The translations under genes were made by a program, and so were the position numbers. This document shows, one piece after another, positions 1 to 12,599 of a stretch of 64,000 nt of DNA. A model generated the notes under the pieces. It was not told where the DNA came from. It made no database searches and saw nothing but the letters and a program-made list of their open reading frames with translations. The DNA is from Epiperipatus broadwayi (lineage: Eukaryota > Animalia > Onychophora): assembly GCA_028023455.1 (NCBI GenBank), contig JAQFVV010000003.1, forward strand, positions 24,800,001 to 24,864,000, given 5' to 3'. Position 1 is the first letter of the stretch; the number at the start of each line of letters is the position of its first letter.

Positions 1-135
1 ATATTTATATTATATAAATTTGGCAATGCAATAGAAAAGATAATGATAAATACTAAAAAAGACTAAAGTAATGTTCAATGGATTTTCTCATGAGTTAGAA
101 GAAGTTAACAATTAAAATATCTTGGCTAGTTTATT

Positions 136-455
136 AATATTTGAAATACAGGCACTCTTCACATATCTGGAACCTATTGTAAATATAGGGGATTTGAACT
201 CAAACTTTCAAGCACCCTTCAACTATCCATACTATCTCATCCAACTGATGCACATGACCACATACATGTAGAAAAGATAAATAATCACCAATATACATAT
301 TTAAAGCTAAACCAGCCATCGTCAGTTGGTTCAGATTATCATTTCTCACACATATATATAATCAGTGCTCAGTTTAAATTAAGATAGCAAGTCTTCATAT
401 TTCAATGGATAGGCTTTAATCCACTCCAACTCTTCAGCCATCCATACCATTGAAT
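136..455 (-). repeat. HHR-bearing repeat family A, partial copy (PLE pseudo-LTR / retrozyme-like)
   Basis: Reverse complement aligns by eye with 18805-19255 and 27240-27420 (shared blocks gttcaaatcccctata, tatcagttgtatgagata, gctatcttaa, gtatttcaaatatt). Confidence 0.8.
288..329 (-). ncRNA. Degenerate minimal type I hammerhead ribozyme (GAAA box mutated)
   Basis: Minus strand: ccaa CTGACGA tggctggtttagct ttaaa tatgtata ttgg. CUGANGA and stem I are intact, GAAA is lost. Confidence 0.55.
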
Positions 456-479
456 GATAAGCCCCTAGTTTATTAATAT

Positions 480-970
480 AGATGGGAGCATAATGGATGA
501 AATATTAACCATAGAATTAAATTTGGGTGGAGAACTTTTGGTAGAAATAATTTTAATAAATGAGTTTTACCAGATTCTTACTTACAGATCTGAGACTTAG
601 ACACTTAATACAAAAGCAAGACAAAGACTTCAGACTACTCAACAAAGTATGAAGAGACATATTAGAAATAATAGAAAAGATTGAAAAATATGGGTGAGAA
701 AACAAACAGATATTACTGATATAACTGAAAGAATTAAAAGATTAAAATGAAGCTAGGCTGAACATATTTACTGAAAGAGATGACAATAGATGGGCAGGAA
801 GTTTTAATCTAGATCCCAAGAAATTTTAAAAGACCCAGAAAGAGACCATGTGAGATGAATATATGAAATAAGGATATTTGTTGGTGTGATGAGGATAAGA
901 GAGGCTAAAGGGTGAAAAAATTGGATTAAATTTGGAGAGACTTTCATCTTTCAGAGGATCAATAATGATT
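480..970 (+). mobile_element. RTE-clade LINE, decayed 3' fragment
   Basis: Matches the 3' end of the RTE copy at 5100-5535 and the fragments at 13430-13697 and 43880-44110 (W-x-GHI, DxRW and RPxxRW remnants; gat-repeat tail). Confidence 0.75.
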
Positions 971-1161
971 AAAAACAATGATTTAAAATCATATACACAT
1001 ATTTATATAGTATAAACATATTTCTGTATATGTTTTTTTTTTCTCTATACGCTCTCTATATATCATAGTACTGCGTATACATATGATTGTTTCTGTATGT
1101 TTATTTTTATTTTTGTCTCACGTTACTTCCCAAATTTACATATAATCTTAGCAATGACATT

Positions 1162-1202
1162 TTATTCTCTTTCTTTTCTAACTCGCCGCCTTCTTGGCAA
1201 AC
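1162..1202 (-). CDS. Candidate terminal coding exon of an unidentified gene ((C)LPRRRRVRKERE*)
   Basis: AG at 1204-1203. Its phase-1 start fits the phase-1 end of exon 1357-1500 across a 154-nt intron, and it reads to TAA. The polypyrimidine tract is weak. Confidence 0.4.
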
Positions 1203-1356
1203 CTGTTTTATTTTTGTCTCTAACTAGAACATGACTATGCAACTATCAGAAAAGTAAATAGTAGTACGCTCATTCTCTTTGAATGTTTTTATACATAGTA
1301 CATAGTATCTATAATAGTCATTGATAAATGGGTATATACATAAATATAATACTTAC

Positions 1357-1500
1357 AGCTAGAACCATGCCTATCAATCCTTTCTCCACGTGGTCGTCTT
1401 TTCTTGCGACTATGCCTTTGCTGAGCATATCCTCCTAAGCTTGATAAGGTGTTATAATTGACGGAGTTCAAGGCCCCTGACACAGGTGGAGGAAGTGGGG
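1357..1500 (-). CDS. Internal coding exon of an unidentified gene (PLPPPVSGALNSVNYNTLSSLGGYAQQRHSRKKRRPRGERIDRHGSS)
   Basis: T-rich acceptor tttttacag at 1501 and donor gtaagt at 1356-1351. The exon is 144 nt, phase 1-1, with only one open frame, and is GC-rich relative to its flanks. Confidence 0.7.
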
Positions 1501-2789
1501 CTGTAAAAAAAAAAAACGTAAACAAATAATTAAATAATTATATAAATAATTAAACAGTTTTGCAAAAAAACAAAAAACAAACAAACAACCTTTTAGCCAA
1601 TTCTTAGTTTTAAAAAATCCCATAATTTTGTGCTGAAAGAACATTTTTTTGCCTAGCAGTCCAGCTCAATACACAAGCGAGTGCTGAGTGCGTTTTGATT
1701 AGCTCCGGAGAAGTATCACCCTCTCGGAAACAATTTCATAAACTAGGATACCATCTATCAACATTTTTTTCTCTATTTAATGACTCTCTGGCACCTCAGG
1801 CATGAAAAGGAGGGAGGGAAGATATTCAAATGAAAACAGATTTTCATATATTTTCAATAAAATTATAAATTAAATGATAAACTGTTAATTAAAATTCTGT
1901 TTCTATATTTATTTTTAATTAATAAAAAACAAAAATTATAGGATATTAATGTGAGTAAAACATAATTTCTGAACTACTTTTCCTATTTCTATTTTCCCTC
2001 TCTATAAATACGTAACTAGAGAAAGGAGCCGTGTGGCCTCATATTCCCACTATTTGAAATTCCTATGCAGACTGGTAAAGTGCTCCAATCAAGATTAGAA
2101 TTTTTTTTTTCATGTATGTGGCCCTATCATTTATTCAGCTAACCGTTTAATATTAGTTAGAAAATGACTATCTATTTCTTAATAAAAAGATAAATGGATT
2201 GAAAATTGTTCAAACTCCATGCAGGAATTGACAAGCATAGTCAACAATGTTTTTTCTTTATTATTTTTCAGAGAAGAAATAATTGAAAAAGCCTTAATCC
2301 TGCACTTAGCAAATTATCTTGAATTACATATATATATATATAAGTAAACCTTAGCTACAGAAATTTTTTTGCTGTTAATTGAAAATATACCCCCCCCCCC
2401 TTTGATTCCTCCTGCAGACCTTAAAGGAACCAAGCAGGGCAAATTCCTAATGGCCACTCCATAAGTTCTTGTTATTGCAGCTGCTAAAACTGTGCAATTA
2501 TTCATATAGTATATGAACATGGATGGGCTACTTGCCAACATGCATTAGTCAATGTGGTGAGTTTATTGATTTTTTATCTCTTAAGTTTAAGATCAAAAAC
2601 CACCATGGTCTTTCTTCTCAGTTACCTGATAATTCTTAACTGTAATCAATTAAGATTTTCTTGAAGACAGAATGAATGTAAATGAATTTTTTTTTCTAAG
2701 AGATATTTACAATCAGACAGACAAAAATAAATTATGTTCCTTAATCCTAGAAAGCTGTAAAGTTGCCAACCAAGACAGAAATTAGTGCT

Positions 2790-5535
2790 TAAACAATGAG
2801 AATGCTAAGAATCTTCTGATTGCAGATCCAGGCTGTCTTTCAACCTTTCATTTAGGTACTTACAACAGAAGATCACTTTCAAGTGAAGGAAGATTGCAAG
2901 AACTGGAAGAAGAACTGTCTTATATTAAATGGAACACTATTGGACTTTATGAATTAAAAAAAAAAAGATGAAAAGACAATTGATTTAAAAAGTAGATATG
3001 GATTGTACTTCAAAGGCACTCACATTGTAAATACAAGTGAAGTAGGATTCATTATAAAGCGAAAGTGGAAGAACATCATTGTAAACATTGATGGTGTATC
3101 AGACAGAATGGCAAAATTAGTTATTCAACTTAATAACAGATATCAAATGCAGATAATTTAGATTTATAACTAAACAAGTTCTCATTGTGATGATGAAGTA
3201 AGGAACTTTTATATGAATGTTCAAAAGGCTTTTGATCAGATAAAACATTTTACAACTGTCATGGGAGATTTTAATACTAGAATTGGTAAACAATTGAAAT
3301 ATGAAACTATTGTAGGTGAATTTTGTTATGGTGATCGAAATGACTGAAGTCATAGACTTGTAGAGTTTGCAGAAAAATAAAAACTTTATATTATCAATTC
3401 TTTTTTTTTTTTGAGAAAAATGTTAAATGGAAATGAACATGGAAGTATCCAAATAAAGAAAGGTACAGCAGAATTGGATTATATTTTGGCTAAAGACAAT
3501 ATGTATTTCAAGATTGTAATATTTTTAATAAATTCAACACAGAAAGTGATCATCAATTAGTAAAATATAAGATATATAGTAATGCAAATTAGAAAGACAA
3601 AAATTATTTTAAAAAAAAATCACAGTTGATATTTCTAATCTTCAGAAACATTGGAATGAATTTAAATTAGAACTTGCAAATCATTTTCAAATATTAACAG
3701 ATTTTGAACATGATTCAGATTTGAATGAAATCAATATGAAGATAACTGATACTTTTTTTAAAATGACATCAAAGATAGCTGGCACAAAAAAGCAACAATT
3801 TACGACCCAAAATTTCTATTGAGACAAGATAATTTATTAGAAAGAGAAGGAATATGAAAATATATAAAAATGATGCATTAAAAAAGTTTGAATATCTTGA
3901 ATTTTGTAAAATGGTGTGAAAATAGGAAGAAAATATAATTCTAAACTAGCAAGGATAGCTTCAGAAGAGAGAATAAAAGTCTCAAGATTGTAAAACAATA
4001 GTTTGGCATTGGTAGGAAACATTTCTGCAATAAAAAAAAAGATTGAACTATTACAAAAAAAAGAGATGACATCATGAAATGTGTAATGAGGTTCTATCAA
4101 AAATTATAAAGCAATAAAGAACAAGGAAAAGTATCTCCTATAACTACTATATCTTCTGAATTGCCTAGGATTTTTAAATAAAGAAGTGAGACATGCAATT
4201 AAATTATAAAGAAGGGGGGAAAGCAGGTGAAGAAATAGAAACAGTTTTGGCAAAATTATATACCAAATGCTTAAATGATAAAGATGTACCAGATGATTAA
4301 AAGAATGCAGTATTAATATTAATATTTAAAAAAGGTGATAAAGAAGATAGTAAAAATTACAGACCTATCAGTCTTCTATCAGTTTTATACAAAATCTTAA
4401 CCAAAATAGTTACCAATTTTTCTACAGTGAACTTTGGATTTTAATGAAATAAAAATAAAACAAGTTGGATTTAAAAGTGATTTTACTACAGTGAATCATA
4501 TCCAAGAATTGAAAAAAGTTCTAGAAAAAACCAATGAATATTCTTTGGATTTGTAGAATATGAAAAAGCATTTAATTCTATAAGTATTTCTTCAGTGATT
4601 AAAGCCTTGGATCATCAAGGTATAGACCCAGGGTATTTATAAAAGTTCAACAGCAATAATTAGATTACATAATGCTACTAAAAAAAAATTAAAATTGGGA
4701 AGGGTATACATCAGAGTGACGCTATATCTCCAAAAAATTTTACAGCAGTTTTGCAAGAAGTATTTTGTGGATTAAAATGGGAAGTTAAAGAAATAAAAGT
4801 AAATGAAGATTATTTAAGTTATCTAGATTTTGCTGATGATGTAGTTGTTTGTGCAAATAATGCTTTAGAGCTTCAGGAAATGTTACAAGAGTTATTATTA
4901 GATAAAAACAAGAAAGTAGGACTAAAGATAAATGCTAAAAAGACTAAAATAATGTTCAACAGATTTTCTCAAAAAAATAAATAAATAAATAAAGATTGAT
5001 AATGATGAGTTAGAAGGAATTAACAATTACAAATATATTGACTAGATTTTTACTACAGATAGAAACAATGAGTAAAATTAATCATAGAATTAAACTTAAT
5101 ATTAAAAGAAAATATGCCTATGTGTTTGAAAAGGAAGGTTTTTAATAAATATATTATCAGTTCTTACATATGGATCTGAACTCTTGGACACATAACAGAA
5201 GAGCAATATAGAGACTTCAGACCACTCAATGAAAAATGAAGAGATGTATGTTAGCGGTAACAAGAAGAGATTGAAAATGAAATATATGGGTGAGCAAATA
5301 AACACATATTAGTGCCATCATTGAAAGAATTAAAAGATTGAATGAAGTTAGGAGAGATAATAATAGATGGATAGTTGAAATCTTAAACTGGATTCCAAGA
5401 AATTGTAAAAGTATTTAGAAAGATACCATATGTGAGATGGATGGATAAAATAAGGAAATGTGCTGGAATAATGTGGAGAAGAGAAGCTAGAGTTTGAGAA
5501 AATGGATTGATCTTGGAGAGACAATGATGATGATG
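2790..5535 (+). mobile_element. RTE-clade LINE, near full-length but heavily disrupted (APE endonuclease + RT)
   Basis: Remnant peptides LGTYNRRSLSSEGRLQELEEELSYIKWNTIG (APE N-terminus), [26 protein letters not shown] (ORF 4751-4984), and a gatgat tail at ~5525. Confidence 0.9.
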
Positions 5536-6141
5536 ATGAAGTAAATCTTGGAGTGAAATGCATCCAACAGCCATGCTTATGACTTAGGTTCAAATCTGGG
5601 TGGTTGAAGTTTAAAAAACATTTTTTTGAGAATCCAATTAGGAATTTTCTTTCAGGTAAATGGACCACAGCCAGCCTAGTTAATCAACCAATAATGGTCA
5701 AAAATAGGATAAAACAAAAAAGTTCTCCACTAAAGGACTGCTGGAGAATTTTTTGTCCTGCAATGGGCTATTAAAGAACTACTTTACCTACATGTATTTA
5801 TATTTAACAAAGGTTATATTACTACACATAATAACTGGATGCATACTTTAATATAATTTATTTCCACAAAACAGTACAATCAAATACTATTGTTAAATAG
5901 AGTACAATAGTTTAAATAAACATATAATATTTCAAAGCAGCAAATTTTAAAAATGCTTGCTGATTAAAAAAATGATTTCAATAACAAATTCATTACATAT
6001 ATAGAGACTTTATGAATGGTATTTTTATGTAAGGTCTCTCTGTTTAAGACAAATTTTTTTCATTCAAAAATCATCTTAATAACTTAGAACTGATAAGTAA
6101 CAGAATATTTATTATTGTTGATTACTTTACATCACTATTAC

Positions 6142-6809
<668 letters not shown>

Positions 6810-8689
6810 TTTCTTTCCCTTCTCCCTTCCTTTCGTCCTTCCTTCCTTTCTTTCTTTATTCCTTTCTTTTTTATGGCATAGAATTCTATATATCCAGATT
6901 GGAACTTGGGAAAAAAATTTTAAACAGCTAAGAATTTTTAATCAAACCTAAATACATTCAATTACTGGTCACAAAATATGCAGCTATCTTTTCTTAGCTG
7001 GGTAGCAAAAGGATGAGATGAATCAATAAGATGTCTAGTATTATAGTACTATCTTTCCAATTGATAAGAAAGATGATATACTTATACAAGTGCTAAACTT
7101 GATTTACTTTTTCACCAATAACAAAGATTATATCATATTACAATCCTATTTCAGTTTTATATTCAGTGCACTGATACTTGACAGACCAACCAGGAAACTT
7201 CATCTTTCGTTAAAAATATCTAGATACTCATTTATTAATAAATAATAGAATGGTTAACTGGGCTAAAGGGAAGCCAATAACTTAAAAAAAAAATCCCAAG
7301 CTTGCTTAACAAAAGTAATTTCAAAATTTTCATATCAATTCAAATCTGATGATGACCTAATCCCTATCCCACATAGTTCTTATAATATGAGCTGTATTTT
7401 TACTTTAAATGGGGATCGACAGGGAATATTTCAGTTTTATTGTAGAATATCAAAACTAAAGATAATGTTATCAACTCTATCAGCAAGTGTATAATAGTTA
7501 AAATGTGTATACTCATAGATCTATTATATAACTAGGTTGTTTAGGCAGTAAATCACAGACTGTGTGTAGCAGGATACAAAACCAATTGCAAATAATGTTT
7601 GCTGAAATGTATTAGCAGTAATAATATAAAGACTGGCACATATTAGCAAATCTCAGCCTGGACAGATTGTCAGTTTTCTTCACCAGTCAGTAGTCAAGTC
7701 TTGCATTATTATAGAAAACATACATAAGCAGCAGTAATGATAATATCATAAACATTGAAAGAAACACACATGATCTCCTAGAAACCATTATAAAAACTTC
7801 CACTGATCACAAAGTGCTGCCAAGCTAACATAGTACCACATCTATGCTGTCCAGTTTCCAAAATTAATGTTCAGCACAGCAAGATGAGAAGTGTTGATTG
7901 AACTTTTATTTGCAACAAAATAGTAATTTTCTGCCAGACATTCTTGTATGACTGACATCAATTATAATGGTTTATATATATTCTTTATCACACTGACTGT
8001 TCAATGATACATGGCTGAAATTTTATTCGTCATGTTTTTAATATGTTTTAAATGAATTTCATCATATATTCCTTTAGTTATACACTTCACATAAAATATT
8101 AAAATTCTGTTAACATTAATTGTGGCAATTTTTTCTTTACTAGCATCCAATGCTAATGATTTAAGAATGAAAAAGTTTAATATTTGAACCCAGAACCTGG
8201 CAGTCACAAAATAGAACAATCTTAAACAATTCATTTGTAGGAAAACACATATTCAAAACGTTACATATTTTCCATCAATTCAATAGATAATAATATAATA
8301 TTGTCAAATTAATCAGTGCTTTAGTACTATGACTGATCCTGTTACTTTTACAGTCAATGCATTGATCTTCACCATAGTTGATATACAAAATCTTAACACA
8401 AACAATATGTTGGTTAGTATGTAAAGAAAAAAAATAAAATATATACAAAGTACTATATATATATATTAATTTAATTATCCACACTGCTAAAATAAACAGA
8501 ATGGGGTTGCATTATTTTGCATCATCTGTGGAATATGATTTGAAATTTTCTAAAGTTTTACTTTTTAGTTTTATTTCATTTTTCTCAAAATCTGCCAATG
8601 AATATTGTGACAAAGTGGTTAGTGCATCTATCCATTGTAATTCAAGCCTGAGTGGAGACAACTTTGTCAATGAGAAAATGGTTATAAAG

Positions 8690-9073
8690 ACTGAAATAAT
8701 AAATTCTTACATTTTGATTTGCAAGAATCAAATTCACTCCTTCCACAACTTTGACACCATCTACTTCAGATAATTACAATAATGATTACCACTAATCAGT
8801 AATTAAATTAAAGATTGTCTCTAACCCAGATATACATTTTAAATCTTGGTTATTAATATATCAGATTTCCTTAATTAAACACACACATGGAGTTATTCAC
8901 ATTTCTCTTTTCCATATGTGATATCTTTATAAATATATTAAATAATCTTCACATTACCACAGATTCTTTTAAAATAATATGAATAAAAATACAATAAAAG
9001 ACAAATGACCCTTAAGATGTATTTCATGTTGAACCAGTATTCATCAGTTGGCCTAGGTCATCATCCCTTACTA
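8690..9073 (-). repeat. HHR-bearing repeat family B copy
   Basis: Collinear with 15308-15865 (ttgacaccat..ttcagata, actaatc, ttattcacatttctcttt, aataaaagacaaatgac). Confidence 0.85.
9012..9051 (-). ncRNA. Degenerate minimal hammerhead ribozyme
   Basis: Minus strand: ccaa CTGATGA atactggttcaacat GAAA tacatc ttaa. Core boxes are intact; stems I and II carry mismatches. Confidence 0.55.
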
Positions 9074-11194
9074 TACCAGTCTGAAAAGTAAGTGGAAATT
9101 ACAGTCTTATCGTATCTGCACTACAGGGCGCCACCAGTCCATTTGAACCTGGAAAATTTATAAAGTAGGCAGATACGCACTGCTAGGATTCAATTTTTAT
9201 ATATATTTTTATTCCAACCATCAGCCCAATGCCACTAGCTCAGTGAGATGCAGAGATTTACAAATAAAATTTGTTAAAATATCTTTTCAATATTAACAAA
9301 AATAAAATACGCCACTGCCAGTAATTAACACACAAACATTTATTAACGCACATATAAATAAAATTTGAGGAATAAAATTTATTATTTTAGGTTGGTTATT
9401 AATTTTTAAATTTAAATTTTTATTTTAAACAATCAGCACAGATGAATTTGATAACATTTTTAAGAGTGTCAAGTATGAATAAACTACATAGATTGCATTT
9501 GAAAAGAAAATGTTCTGTCCCTTATTTAACCTTAGGCCAAAAGTTCGCAGTCAAACCAATGTCAATCCATCTGATACATCAAAGTATTCAATGCAACATG
9601 AATACGACAGCACAAATACCATACTGTCAGGAATGTACATCTGAACAGCATGGTTATAGAAGACATTGACTCTCGTCCAGTACAGGAATACTACATCTGT
9701 CTGGTGAGAAGAACAATAAAAAAAACTCCATAGGAAGGAACTGCGTTTTCCATCTTACTATCCCCTTCCATAGGCTAAAAAGGGTGATCCAAGGAGCAGG
9801 GAAATACCGTCTCCTTCCGATGGTTAGTTTTCCCAAGTGCGGCGTTTAAGGTGATCCTGCACATAGCGAATCTCATGCTACATTTACTAATTACACCAAT
9901 ATATTCAACCGATTAACCCAATTTAACTAAGAAACAAATAACCTAAGACTTACCCTCCCTTAATTAAACTAACTTTACAAATCTATGCAGCCATTCACAC
10001 CCGTCTTAAATTTAACATTTATATAAGTCTGTACAGATAAATTTTATAAAAGTTTGTTTTATAATGTTGAGTATAGATAGACTACATACATTACACAGTC
10101 AAAAACATTTCAAAATAAACATAAACGATCAAAATATAAAGACATTGATGGAATTGCAGAGGGAAATTTACAAGAAACCCAATAACTTAAAAGACACCTG
10201 AATAAATACATTTTTTAGATATTCAACACGAGGTATCATATTTATCGAATGTCTATATATTTTAATCAAAAATGAGAATAAAAACATAATTAAACGTTAA
10301 CGAATCTATGCAGTCATCTATACCCAACTTAAATTTAATGCATTTAAATAATTTATTCAATAAATATTAATAAAAAAAAATGGAAATGATTTTTAGCAAA
10401 CTCAAATATATAAAAATTAAGCATTAATAATTGATTTGAAAAGTCAGATTAAAGTTCATTTTAAAAAAATTAGTTTTAGCTTGTCAAATCTTGAAAGTTC
10501 TTCATTTTTTTTTAAAACAAATTTTTCAGTTTATATCTTACAGTAGAAGAGCTCCCAGTTCCTGGTGTCAATTCCCACAAAGTCTTTATTTGAAGACCGG
10601 TCTATCTGAAGGTGGCCTTAGCTGGTTCAATCCTGGTATTACAGTCATTTCATTTGAAATAAGTGAGAGAGGGTGACAAGAGCGTCTTAACACCCTTCTC
10701 ACAAAATCAATCTGGAACTCCCCTAATTTGAATATTTTTTCCTTTTATACCAATCATCCGGTTTCACTGAACAATGGTTTCCTGTTCCAAATTTTCGTTA
10801 CAGTCTGAGCCTTCATTGCTGCTTCTATTGAACATCTAATTTTTTTCTGTTCTCTTATCTATATCTTTCATCTGACTTTTTTATATAAGAGCCCCAAGGG
10901 CTAGTTTGCTCTTTGTTTAATTTATAAAACAATCATTTACAAAAATATTTTATCTTTAGATCTTGTACTTTTTTTTTTTTTTTTTATAAAAAAGTATGTT
11001 CAAATATTTTTTTTTTAATAAAAAGATACTTTTAAAGTTTTCATTCCATCTGTGCGATATATTATATACATTAAACAACTTTTAATTTTCAATTTTTAAA
11101 TTAAGTTTTTTTTTCTTTTTAATAAATCAATTTTTATTTATAATCTTTTTATTTTAATTTAAAATAATGTAATGACATATTATATACCATTATA

Positions 11195-11300
11195 CTACTG
11201 TATGAAGAGTATTTATCAATAGTAAATTCTTAAATTTTGATCTACAAGTGTCAAACTAATGCCTTCCACAACATTGACACCATTCACTTCAGATAAGTAT
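11195..11300 (-). repeat. Family B fragment without HHR
   Basis: tgtatgaagagtattt...ccacaacattgacaccattcacttcagataa matches 15615-15715. Confidence 0.7.
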
Positions 11301-12599
11301 TAAAATGAAAATAAATGAAATCCATTATGCTGTTCTTTCGTATAAATTATAACAAATAATAAAACTCATATACAACAGCTATAATAATTCTACCATTGGC
11401 TAAAGAGATTTCACATTTAAATCTAAATAACAGAGATGTAACACATAGGAGTAAAAATATAATTTAATTTAATGTGAATTATACTAATGGTCAACCAAGT
11501 AACTGAATGAAAATTAGATCCTCCATGGATTATGAATTTATATTAGGTTTAAAACCAGAGTGTAACAGAATACTGTGAAATCCATAGAAGGATATTCTAC
11601 ACCAGTATTATTAAAGTATACCATGACTAATTTTATAGAGAATGAACTAGCTATTATAATTTTAATTTATTATTAAAATGGTCAGAATTTATGAAAAGAG
11701 AGACAGAAGGCTGGATTAATAAATAACAAAAAATATTTATTATACAATAAGACATATATAAAATATTAAGACATTATTACATTAAGTTATAAAGTAAATA
11801 ATAAATACTTATCACACATTTTAAACATTAAAAGTTTTACAAAGTCTTTAGCTTAAAATCCCTTTTTTGTTGAGATTTATATTTTTCTTCATTTGTTTGT
11901 TTATATTATGGAGTCTATTCCAGTATTTAAGACACTGTAAATCCATTTTTGAAAATTTAGAATCATTAAGTTTTCAACTTTTTTTAGCTGCTTTATATTT
12001 TAAATTATTTAAGTTATATTTCTTGGTTGCTAACCAGGAACTTTTAGTTATTTAGATCATATTTTCTCACTTTTCCAAAGACACAAATATTCTATGACAG
12101 ATGACTTTATGTGCAGGCATAATGTAATGTCAATTAAACACAATCGAGAAATGGCAGTTCAAATTTGATCACATATCGGGCCAAAAATAAATAATTAATC
12201 CAGGCTACATTGTGTAGGATAAATGGCACACATGTGGACCTATTGATCAAGAGCTATCCTGTTCATTTTATTACATTTATTTTTGTTCATAACTTGGCTG
12301 TTAAAACTTACTCTTCTACTCTTTTTTAATATTGTTTTTTTTTTATTAAAATTGTTACTCCAAAGGTAACCAGAATTTAGCTACTCATGTAATCAATTAT
12401 GTATATTGCCTTGCAACTGATACAATATATTAATAATAATTATATATAAAATCTTTTTTGGCATATGGTTTCATGACTTGTTCAAATATTAATCATCTAT
12501 TTAATGTTAACCAATTATTGCAGATAGACAACCATCTAGTGTTCCATAATAAAAGTAAAATAACAAATTAAAATATCAGTAAAATATAATAAAACCCTC

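Noticed and set aside
2405-2456. Possible HDV-like ribozyme upstream of the RTE LINE (ttcctcctgcag...ggaa..ttcc-taa-tggcc)
   Set aside because: RTE 5' UTRs often carry HDV-like ribozymes, but I could not build P1, P2 and P3 pairings here.
7340-7370. CTGATGA hits here and at ~59837 (-), ~62213 (-) and ~52984 (+)
   Set aside because: No properly placed stem II plus GAAA; such 7-mers are expected by chance or lie in RT coding sequence.
9848-9857. GGATCACCTT resembling the 16S rRNA 3' end
   Set aside because: No flanking rRNA homology; coincidental.
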